Source of the DNA: Priapulus caudatus
Lineage: Eukaryota
NCBI RefSeq assembly: GCF_000485595.1
Contig: NW_014577078.1
Coordinates: 6,788 to 70,787 of the forward strand
DNA: 64,000 bases
Direction of reading: 5' to 3'
Part shown: positions 24,541-35,600 of the stretch, piece by piece
Layout of the letters: every line of letters begins with the position of its first letter
Numbering within the stretch: position 1 is the first letter of the stretch
Translations under genes and position numbers: made by a program
Notes under the pieces: generated by a model
Told to the model about the DNA's origin: nothing
What the model saw: only the letters and a program-made list of their open reading frames with translations
Databases searched by the model: none

Positions 24541-25554
24541 TGTGACATACCGAATTGTCACAGGGTTGTTGTGATTGTTTGGTGCTGCTCTCGAGTGGCG
24601 AAAGGAGAGAAAAGCTAGACGAGGGTAGTCACGAACAGATGGCAGCACTAGGCCACCATGTTGGATCAGATAGAGAGGAGAATAAAGCAGTCTGCTACTT
24701 AGACATTTCTATCGGTCAACATCTACGAGGTGAGAGGCATTATGCCGCCTGTAAGTAATTGTAGCTGTAGAATTAAGTGCATAGATAAGGATAAAGATAT
24801 TTCTAAGACCTAAATACATTCCATCTCTTGTAAAAGTTGTTGACAAAAACGAGCAGATAGCTAGGCTAGAAATGTGCATGATTCAGCATCATGCGTATAT
24901 ACATGGTGAATGTAAGTTTTCTTGAGCTCCGTTTCATCAAGAGTATGGATAGATTCTGATATGATGTGTTTCAACTTCAAGATTTAATAACAAAGTGTGA
25001 TAAAGTTATGACTACATTTTGTATCTATGCCAAGCAATGCTTTTCAATATCACGAATATAGTTAGTGACTGTCAGTCCATATGGCGTTCTTATTGCTTCG
25101 ATGATATGCACGTTATTTCAGTGACATTTACATTGTTTCGATGATATTCACGTTATTCCGGTGACATTTACAATGTTTGATGATGTTCACGTTATTCCTA
25201 GGTTATCGTGTGACCCAGGGCAGTTTGTTGCCAGCGAAGTTAGCGTGGTCGCTCCTACGGTGGCATGATCTAGCACGATCATGTACTTGGCTCCCTAGAG
25301 TATGTGGTTATAATGTTTTGTATTTTGTATAATGTACAGTGTATAATGTACAGTGTCTAATTATTCCCTACGATTCAATGGGGTCGGTACCCCATCAGCA
25401 TTAAGCTATTGAAACAGTTAATCGATAGTATGTACATGTTGCATGTACAAGCGCTCATGCATGTGTATTTTCTATGTTTCAGGGTTTTTGTTTGTTCTCA
25501 AGTAAATCGTCTACCCCGCACTTGATTGTTGGAGTTCTTTTTTCTGACCTCACA
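24541..25554 (+). repeat. 3' LTR of Gypsy B (~1.0 kb)
   Basis: TGTGA...TCACA termini, preceded by the PPT. The same end point is seen in copy 2 at 40087. Confidence 0.9.
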
Positions 25555-25758
25555 GTCAGTTATCACAGGTACGGTAAAACGTTTCAAAATTAATATATAC
25601 TGACAGTGTCTATGGCAGTTTGCAGGTCTCACGACCAACCGTTGTTTATTTTCTTACTCTTGGCTTTATGTGATACCGTATCGCTTTTTAGCTAACATAA
25701 ACAGGACAAGCTGTTAAACAGTTTATACACGTGTGGTTGTCAGTTGCGTTTAATTTAC

Positions 25759-25948
25759 CTGCAAAGAATGGTGCACCGCGTCCTCTTTCGTTGCCAACCT
25801 GTTCTTTTCCATAAACAAACAACCCAAATGCAACGAGCTTCTTCCAATCGTTTGTTCCTCTCGCCTGTTGCATCATGGTAGTCACAGCACGCAGCAATAA
25901 GTTGACTGTATCAGTGTAGAAATTCACCTCGTCGAAAGCTGAAGCAAG
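25759..25948 (-). CDS. NIT-domain receptor (probable NIT-guanylyl cyclase), coding exon 4
   Basis: ttctttAG|...|GTaaat; 190 nt, phase 0 to 1. LASAFDEVNFYTDTVNLLLRAVTTMMQQARGTNDWKKLVAFGLFVYGKEQVGNERGRGAPFFA(G), containing the NIT-type KExxGxER motif. Confidence 0.85.
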
Positions 25949-26726
25949 CTAAAGAAATCTCTGAGTTATTATGTGAAAAGATAAAACTTAAGATCAAAAG
26001 CAGATTTAGAACTTTGATAACTATTCATTACGTGTGTAAATGAGTATCACAATGACGCATTAATAACAGAATTCTTTGCCTTCGAGGCCTTGGGCGGAAG
26101 ATGGCATGGAACTTCGATCCTGCTTAGATAATTAAATGCCTCAGTTTGATAAATCAAACAACTTGTTGCTACGGAACTGACACACTCACTGTTATTTACT
26201 AAAATATATATGAATATACAAGTTTTTAATTTGACTGACCATCACGCAAGTTCATAACATTAAAATGAAATTTATTCAATATCACTGAACGCGACAGACT
26301 CGGTGAAAGTGGATTTGCAGAATGTCTGTCATACGGGTGCGATAAAATTTTCACCTCCGTCCCTCTTATGCCCCGCACCAGTCTATCGTATAATTTTAAA
26401 CAGGAACTACCCCTAGGATGAATTGGATACATATTAGCTATCTGCTTTAGCAGAGTAAACAACGCGTATTAAACATATCAGAGCGCGTACCAAAATTTGC
26501 AAAACCTTTTTCTAAATATAACATTACGACTAGAGGTATTGAACACAATTTCATATAATTGATACACCCTACCCACGCGCAGCAGCTGCCTGCCCGACCG
26601 AAATTCCACCACGGCCCCTTATTGTCGGTAAAAGTACAAATGTCCCGAAAAAGTCCTTGAAACAGCTATTTTAGGCACCCTAATGGATTTATGAGAACGT
26701 TAATATAACTATTAACTCATACGAAG

Positions 26727-27901
26727 TGTAACGGATTTCCTATTCTCTTTTACTTTACTTGACTACTACCATTGGCCGTGGTATAGGTCCGGTTGCCGTT
26801 GCGCCGTGAACCCTGACAGGACCGTTACCGCCCCATCCTTTACGAGTTCGATCACAAGGATCGCAATGTGGCAGGGACAGTCGAACACCCGAGCGCCGAG
26901 AAAAGAAGAAGGGGGTTTCCGGTCGTCCAGTGAGAAGTAAGAGATACGGAGGGGGGTGCCAGTCACGAAGTGAGAAGTAATAAGCAATAAGTAAGAAGTA
27001 AGTTTAATATGAACGCCAGTGCCTATACATGACAAATAAGTTTGGATAACAGATCACTTTGCTATACTGTAGACTGTCTAACGAGCGTCGTCATCACGGC
27101 AGGGACGCCTGGTGTACAAAATATGCAAAAGCTCGGTTCGCCGGGCGAATGCAAATTGTTGAGGAAAAACCTGCGATTGTCAGCATTAGCTTCTGTAGTA
27201 ACGCGAGTGTAAACCCACTCACAACCTCCAATGTGTCTGCGCACACTCACCGCACACGCCAGCTATATTATTACACCATCAGTATACAGCTATCAGCTAA
27301 CAACATGCGCCAGCTATATTATTTTCCCCCTCAGTAATACAGCCATCAGCTAACAACATACGCCAGCTATATTATTACACCATCGCATTAGTATACAGCC
27401 ATCTGCATCAGCTAATAACACACGCCAGCTATATTATTACACCATCCGTATACAGACATCAGCTAATAACATACGCCATGCAGCTATATTATTACACCAT
27501 CCGTATACAGACATCAGCTAATAACACACACAAAACACTGTCACTAATTAACTATATGGATGTCTCAGTCTGACATATTCCAAAAACGCTGGTAACGTAC
27601 CTATTTATTCCGACCTAGCTCTAGTAATGTACGCGCACTACGAAGAACTGATACCACAAATCCCGAACACTAGTAATTATGGACATGCACGATTTATATC
27701 GGACACATTCTAAAAACACGTCTGCTCTCCCATCGTCGTCCCGCGTGTCTCCCTTTTCGCGCCGTTTTCTGCCTATTGTTTTTACCATGCCGGGGACTTC
27801 TCGCGGAGGATACACACAAATTGTTCATTGCGGGACACCCCACTAGCGCCATCGTCCTTGAGATATAACTATAAACGGTATAAACTGTTTCACCCGCTAC
27901 A
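26727..27901. mobile_element. Probable solo LTR in intron 3 of the NIT gene
   Basis: TGTAACGG...CCGCTACA inverted termini (7/8 match), ~1.18 kb, contains a minisatellite. The TSD is not clean. Confidence 0.45.
27255..27530. repeat. ~52 bp minisatellite, about 5 units
   Basis: Repeated CGCCAGCTATATTATTACACCATC.GTATACAG.CATCAGCTAA.AACA. Confidence 0.9.
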
Positions 27902-28010
27902 GCAACGCACCATACTAAAAGCGAATCTGTTACAGAAGTAAGCAATCAGATCTCATTATAATTTATTGCATCATTTAAATACGTGAATTTACTTGCTGAA
28001 AATACACTAC

Positions 28011-28118
28011 CTCTGGGTCAAGATGATATCGATGTCTGTTCATGTACAGCCGGAAAGCTTCGCTGCTTTTGAAATCAGATAGTTTTGACTCTTGAAGACT
28101 TGTTGGCCACAGTTTTAC
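28011..28118 (-). CDS. NIT-domain receptor, coding exon 3
   Basis: ctttcAG|...|GTagtg; 108 nt, phase 0/0. VKLWPTSLQESKLSDFKSSEAFRLYMNRHRYHLDPE. Confidence 0.8.
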
Positions 28119-28565
28119 CTGAAAGGTAATGCTCACAAATTCATGAAATGAGGAACAGTGTTGAATTCATTTCATATTGAACCCTACGTTTTATATTACC
28201 TGTAACTCTTGCGCAATTTTTGCATATGTACAAAGCAATTTTAACTTTTGGTGTTTCTTTCGATTACAATGATTGACTTCTATTTCTTGCAAAAAAACAC
28301 CAAATTCTGTGCTCTTTATATTAGTAAATAATTAAAAAGAATAAGATATGTTTCTTAAAATTATTTGTGTAGAATAGCACATTCACCAAATCAGTTTCTC
28401 TCACGAGACATGCATATGCACGCAAGCGCTACCCACTTACTCTCCTGTACACATCCCTAAAAGAACATACCTACACACACACGAGACATTGCGAGAAATA
28501 TTTGACTAGTATTATTTGAATAGACTTGAGACGATAACTTCCGGCCGTAATTTGTACATCTTTAC

Positions 28566-28697
28566 CTTGTTCATTAAAGCGTCGGTTTGGTGATACGCAG
28601 CAAAGAGAATTTTCTTAACAGATCTAGCGCCTCTGCTGCTTACGTAGAGTGATGTTGCTCCTCGTTCTATTTGCAATCCGTGAATTAATCCGCCAAC
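28566..28697 (-). CDS. NIT-domain receptor, coding exon 2
   Basis: ttttctaAG|...|GTaaa; 132 nt, phase 0/0. VGGLIHGLQIERGATSLYVSSRGARSVKKILFAAYHQTDALMNK, containing the NIT hallmark HxLQxERG. Confidence 0.9.
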
Positions 28698-28921
28698 CTT
28701 AGAAAACAGTATAAATAATTACAACATTGTTCGTGTTTGAAAGATCCAGGAGTAATTTACGAAGAAAAAATAATTAAATTAAGAGATTTTAAAATAGCAT
28801 GCTTATCATCACGCGGATAAGTTAGTAGGGGTTCTCAGCGCGATATGTGTTTAACCAACTGATGAGAAAACCTTATATTTGCAATAGTATATTATATATT
28901 ACATTATATTATAAATTATAT

Positions 28922-28922
<1 letters not shown>

Positions 28923-28972
<50 letters not shown>

Positions 28973-29007
28973 TGTGTGCGTATGCGTGCGCGTGCGCGCG
29001 CGCGTGC

Positions 29008-29059
<52 letters not shown>

Positions 29060-29116
29060 TGTGTGTGTGTGTGTGTGTGTGTGTTGTGTGTGTGTGTGCG
29101 GTGTGCGTGTGCGTGT

Positions 29117-29163
<47 letters not shown>

Positions 29164-29170
29164 GTGTGGA
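28923..29170. repeat. (GT)n/(GC)n microsatellite
   Basis: Direct inspection. Confidence 0.98.
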
Positions 29171-30329
29171 ACGTGCTGGGAAACATAAAACAAATATTAC
29201 CTGTTGAAATTAACTTTCCCGCTGTTTTTACGTCAATATATCACAATATTTCATGTATTAAAATCCGAAATATTGATTTATCTGTAACATAGCCGATAAT
29301 GTGTACATGTCACACAAAAACTATAAAATCTATCATCCAGATGAGACAGGATACTAGAGAAGCGTTGCCGAAAGGAGGTGTTTATCTGAAGTGCTGCGCG
29401 ATCTTGCGCGCAGTTCCGCGACAAAATTCCTACGACAGTATGCAGCGCTGGCAGCTATGGATCCGGCGCCGAATGCATAGGCCGCGCACGAATCCCATAG
29501 CTGCAGCGAACAGTCGCGCAATTTTAGTGGGGGACACAGAGGGCAGACATTTGGAACGTGAATCAGTGTTCACATTGTTATAAATAAACTGTAACCGAGT
29601 AATGTGTTCGTAACCGAGCTGTGTCACGCGAAATCACAGAAAGACTGTAAAAATTCTGACATTCGCGAACCTTGCCCAGTAATGGAAATGGCTGTCAGAA
29701 TCAGGAAACACCTACCGGCGCTCTTCGTGACCTCATTGTTGCGCCTCCAACGCTGGAACGTTTTTGGCAACGTTTCCAATGGCGCGGCTCGTACAGGAGT
29801 TGCAAAGCAGTGCGCCCGCGCCTGCCCCGCCGCCTATAGCCCATAGACTGGCACTCGCTCCCACCTCCTCGGCTTAGCTTAGGTCACGTGCGAATGGCTA
29901 ATCGATGGTGGGAGCGAGTCCTAGTCCTAATAGGCCTTTGCACCTCGCACCGTCGCAACCTTCTCGAAAGAGAGTAAGGCCTATACTAGAAACATTAAGA
30001 ATTGGGTAGTAAAAGTAGATTTTCGTATTAAGTTAGCATTATAATTTTATTGAAACGCTTCAAGTGCCTGTGTCTAGTATAGGGGTATTCTATCCTAGCA
30101 AAGAGCGTTTCTTGGGCTAGTAGTAGTAGTAGTAACTAGTACTTAGTAATTAGTAATACTATTACTATTAGCTCCTTGCCGTCCTGGTAGTAAACTATAC
30201 TATAGTACTAGTAGTGCTGGTAACCTTAGTAGTACTACTACTAGTAAGTAGTACTTAATTACTAGTAATTATTGTAAGCATGTACTTGTAGTAATAAAGT
30301 ATTCGTAGGTGTGGTAATGTACGCAAAGT

Positions 30330-32584
30330 CTAAGTTATAGCCGGCCGAGAGACTACACACATTCAGAACACGCGAACTGTAAACAAACATCAATCAACGG
30401 GCTTAGCCAATGAACGTGAAGGCGAACCAACATGGCTACGATAATTAAAAGCCGACGTCACGATTCCAGTTAAGACTGGTACGGACGTTAATTTGGCCAA
30501 GTCTGCTTTCGCTACACTAAACTTATAGTTTAGTGCAGCGTGTCGAACTCTCCACCGCGGGGCAGTCTAAGCCTATTCGCCGTTCGTTCTGTGGGAAATT
30601 CTCTGAAAATCGCCTCGAAAGAGAGCCTCGTCGCAGCGCTCTATGGGAGGATAATGTAGCGAGAATAATTCTCAGGGCGGAATTAAATATAATTAGAAAT
30701 GCTTTTTCTACACGAAAACGTAACGCGCCAACCAAAAAAAATTAGCAATTAGCGACCATTGGAGTTTATTCTCGCCTACGTGCAGAGTCGAAAGGCTTCT
30801 CGCAATCGCCAGAACTCCTCAATTGAACACGATTACAGGCCCATTTGACATAACGTGGAAATTGTTTCTAAATACGAGCAGCGAATTGATGAAAAGCGCC
30901 ACGAGGTGGCGCTGCGTTCGCACGTTCGGCGGATATCCGGGCTGGCAGATCGTCAGCAGAAAACACACGGTTATGATTTTTGCGTCATTACATATTCTAA
31001 ATATATTGGAATATTTCAACCTTATTTCGTACATGTAATAGAAGTACTAGCAAGATCTCGTTAATTTTGACGTTTGCTGGATTGCTATTACATTGCTTTA
31101 GATTTTTTACATATTAATGGGTTAATTATTAATGCTAAATGTCGTGACAATTAACACGGTCTGTGCGATAATGAGCTGCAAGCGATCAAGATTCTATTCA
31201 TGTTTCTATGCCGTTTCCGGCGTCTACCTGCATGAGTTAGTGAACAGCCAAGCATACCTTTTAAGGTGGATAAGAAGCTTTCGCACGCCAAGCATCCTCG
31301 GGGACGATTTTTAGACAGTAATCAATGAAAAAGATCATATGTTCTCGTCGGTAGCTATCATTGTGGCATGACTCCGCTTCAGTGTATTTGGCTGTAATGA
31401 CGTTAATTGCATTGGCTAGAGTCGCAAGCGTGGGATAATATTAATCGCTGCGTCGGTTACTGCGTTTTTTCAGTATCTACTAGAGCTGTCAAACAGATTG
31501 CGTTGCTTAAGCCTTTACTAACGCCACAATGACGTAATAACAGCTAATTCAGGGCCTCATTTGTTCTTGCACAAAAGCGAACGCTACCTTGGAGATAGGC
31601 ATCCACAGAATGTCACCTGCATTTACATACACAACACCGCCGCAACGAGAAACAGAACGAAAAACAACAGACATACATATACTAGTCCAGCCCATAATCA
31701 TTTTAAAAATCTAACAGATGCAAAGACCTGTTCTAGACAAAAAGTCAACATCTGATTGAACTTCCTGATAATAACAGCCGGGGTGTTTTGCAGTTGATCT
31801 CAGTGAAATTGGCGGAGATGCAGAGCAGATATAGAGCACAAAAACATGCACACAATCACAGAATAAACGATTAGACATGAGTTTCGTGACTTACCTGGAA
31901 AAGATGGCAGAATACAGCGAAACTCATCGAGCTACTGCAGATGCCAGCAGCAACCTTACACAAATGCAAGCAACAGCAGTGTTCAACACCAATTACACGC
32001 AGGCAGAAAGAATGACAGTAAAGAATTCGAACACTAGCGGAACAAGCGACAAGCAAGATGGAGGCGTGATTACAACAATTACAAAGCCGGGCTCTATATG
32101 ACGGCACAACAAGTCAGTATCTAGTTTTCACTGGCATTTGAGACCAACTACGGAGCTATGGGCGATTTACTAGAGCGCGTTTCATCACGTTTAGGGAAGC
32201 AAACTCTATACATAATGAAAAATGTCACAGGTTTCCAAACAAGACCAGTCGACTGTGACATTTAAAAGCTGCTCTGCAAACTTCGCTTACTCAGCAAACG
32301 CCGCCGCAAAGACCAAATTAAATTACCCATCGCTGAGATGAGATATCATGAATATAACAAATAATACATACAACCGAATACAGAAGAATAGTTCGACCCC
32401 AACTTAAATTTCCGCGATCGGAGACTGCAGCGGAACCTGGTGAAACATTCAAGAATAGCAGGCAAGCATCATGCAAGATAGCAGGTTTACTGGGCGACGT
32501 CGCATCTATTATAAATATTCTCTAACGAGGCCATGCAACAACACCCTTCATCTGTTCAGTTAAGAAGAGGTCGTGTTGAAGCGT
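30330..32584. repeat. Block duplicated at ~40250-42430, including the start of Gypsy C gag; ends at an N gap
   Basis: Collinear with 40250-42430 (for example CATTTGACATAAC, GTCAAACAGATTGCGTTGCTTAAG, GAGGTCGTGTTGAAG) with many indels. Confidence 0.92.
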
Positions 32585-32609
32585 NNNNNNNNNNNNNNNN
32601 NNNNNNNNN
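32585..32609. other. Assembly gap (others at 9591-9600 and 63552-63576)
   Basis: Runs of N. Confidence 1.
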
Positions 32610-35600
32610 TAAAACGGCCACCCAGGAGGAACAGGGCGGCAGAATTGGTTTCAGCACCTGGGGGGCAGCGGCCGCATGTGCATGTGTGAGTGGTAGGCGA
32701 GGGTAAGCGAAAGGATGCTGAGACAAATCTTTCGAAGTCACTGTTGGGCGACTCTTGGAGAATTGCGGACCACCAATCTCTGCCAGAGGTACTTTCCAGC
32801 AGCGAATATTTTCATACCGCGCAGAAAGGGAGCCAAGACTGCTTAGACTGCTCACTGGCAGCTTGCGCGTCCGGTTGCTACATCTGACGTCAAACCCAGC
32901 TAATGGATGGACTCTGGGAGGCCTCCAGCAGACATCCACTCTGAACGGGAGAGGCAGACGCGCAGTGGCACGAGGCAGGGCTTGCCAACCGGGAAAATTA
33001 AGGCGCCATAAACCTCGAGTCCCCACCCTGCAACCTACTGTCGCAGATATGCAGGGACCGGGCGATACAGCTGGCTGGCGCACCAGCCATGACAAGGGCC
33101 CTCCACCGACTGTCGCTAATGGACCAGAGAGGTCACCTCTGAAGGCTGTTAACCAGTGTGTCGGCCTGCATATCACAGCAACAGGCGACCAGTATAGCGA
33201 CAGTATTAAAGCAGCAGCAGGCAGCAAATAGTCTAGTCAATGATGATATGCTGCGACAACAGAGCCGAGTGGGAGTCGACCTCTTTCGTCAACAGGGGCC
33301 CCCGGCGCCAGATATGGGGCTGCAAGCGATGCTTATGTTGAGAGTTGCCAAGTACTCCGGGCCATATTACAAAGGAACTGCCCAGCAATAAGGGGAACAT
33401 GGAGAACCGGTTGGGGGCACACCCCAGTATTCCAGGCCAAATATTTCGTCGGAAAACTAAGTTCACCTGTAATGCAAGTGAGCTGTGCACCGCAGGCTGT
33501 GAGTCCGTGGCAAAACGGACAGCTAGACTCACTCTGTAAAAAAGGCTCAGTAGGAAGAGTGCCGACGAGCCCTAAGTTAAGATAGCTGCGAGCGGAGACA
33601 TGGAAATAGTTTGGAAGCTGGACACGGGGAGACTCAGGTTTCCACGAGTAACGAATCAATCTCTTCCCGTGGCAACTGAGCAACGGCAGCATATCCAAGG
33701 ATAGTGGTCTGATTTCATCTCTCATATTCTGGTCGCCAGCGCTATGAAAGTCCACCTAAACGACGGCTATAATAAGGAACGCGACCCTTAAGAGATCTGC
33801 GAGGCATTTACCTTCCACCAGGATTGGGACTTCCTGGTAGTGTGACGCACCACAAAAGGGGACCCAAAATGGCCAGAGAATACGAAGCGAGTTCAGTTCG
33901 CGATAATTTGGAAGTAACATACTGCGGAATGCCGCGACAGCTCTCAAGGAGAAAGTGGGGCGCAGACCTATCTTAAGGAACATTTGACAGACTCCAGCGA
34001 GTAGATGGGAAGCCACTGGCGCTCAAGTCCTTAAGCCTGATATGGCAGGCAAATCCAACACCTAACGCAGAAGCTGACACAGCCTGGAACCAAGCACCTC
34101 CAGGGTAAAGGTAGCTAGGTAGGGGCCACAGCTGAATACCAAGCCCGAGATCAAGTGAAGATATGGAGGCGCGACGTGAATGGGCGGCAATAGAAGAGCC
34201 ACCTCGTAATAGGATTAGAGGCACACAGGCAGAGAAATACCTACCAGCCCTTCCTACGGGGCCTCAGCTGTGGGCAAGACTTGCCTCCAGCTAGGCCGTT
34301 CGACGCGTCCCAATACACGGCTCTGTACTCCCATAACACTGGCTGGCCTGCACAGCAACACCCGTCGAACCAACCTGAGCAAAAGTGGCAGCGCCCTCTA
34401 TCTGAATCACGCGACGCCTGTGCGGCCCATCCGTCGCAACCGGTCACAGCTGCAACCCCAGCCTAAGCGACTCCATCCGTGAGCTCTTCACTCGCAGGTG
34501 CCGGATCACGAAGCCAGCTTCCCCGGTGTACCGGCAGCGCCAATACCGTAGCCTGACTCGATCAACCGGAATGACACTAGGCGACGGGACATACAAAGGA
34601 TCAGCACCAGGTACTGAAACGCCCTAATCAGGAAAGCCACCAACAAGCAGGTTCAGCGAGACGAGATGACATAAGGTTACAACTGCCTGACCTACGTCAC
34701 CCACAGATCCACACCTCAGATGATATAGCCAGTGAGGGTGGCTCACAGGAGTGCTTCCGCCAAACCAATGGAAAGAAGTGGCCAAGACTTTATCAAGTAC
34801 GGCATTGCGAGAGGGACAAATTCCATCACGATCGAATCACAGATCCCTTACGGGCATCTCCGTGGTGTGTTGGTGAGGAAACCATCAGCAGGAAGCGTCC
34901 GGGGGGGGGGTGCGGGGGGGGGGGTTTTTTTGCCAGCGATTACAGAGGCGGCTGAACCTCAAGACAACCGGGATGGCTTACCCTTACCCGCATCGATGAT
35001 GCCCTCAGGGCTTTGAGAGGTGGGAAGTACTTCTGCAGCCTAGACCGGCCCCACGCTTCTACCAGCTACCAGTGCTGAGGAGGACCCGGCACCGAGACCG
35101 CCTTCAGACTGGCACATGGTGGGCCCCTATATTGAGTTCTGGCGCATGCCGATGGGTTTGTGCAATGCCCTCCAGGGACTTTTATGCGGCTGATGTACCG
35201 CCATATTTGGAGATCCAGAATTTCCAAACACTGATCAACTTATCTGGATGACCTTTTTGGTATTCGCGTCCATCGTTCGACCAGATGATCGAACGTCTGG
35301 ATATGGTGTTATGAACGGTCTCGGCAAGCATAATCTCAAGGTGAAGCCAGCAGAAAATGTAGTGTGCGCAAGAAAACCAATCAGGCTACTTTAGCCACAT
35401 GGTGTCTGCGCCGAGGGGTATTTCCCTGACCCAGAGAAGGTTAGAGTGATGCAGGAGGGGGAGGTCCGCGCGACAGAACGTCAACTTCGCGCGCGTTCCT
35501 TGGCCTTTCGGGTTTACTACGCCAGTTCATGAAAGGCTTCTCCCAGTTGGCTGCTGCACCACTGCTGCGCTGCATAAGGACCGGACCCAGCAAACTCTAA

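Larger units (their letters stand above)
14969..25554 (+). mobile_element. Ty3/Gypsy LTR retrotransposon B, copy 1 (degenerate), interrupted by Gypsy A
   Basis: 4 bp TSD: GTCA|TGTGACAT...CCTCACA|GTCA. Partial 5' LTR 14969-15533 matches 3' LTR 24541-25554. PPT GGGAAAAATAGGGGAGA lies immediately before 24541. Confidence 0.9.

Noticed and set aside
31113..31125. GGG|TTAA piggyBac-like terminus
   Set aside because: No matching opposite end was found.
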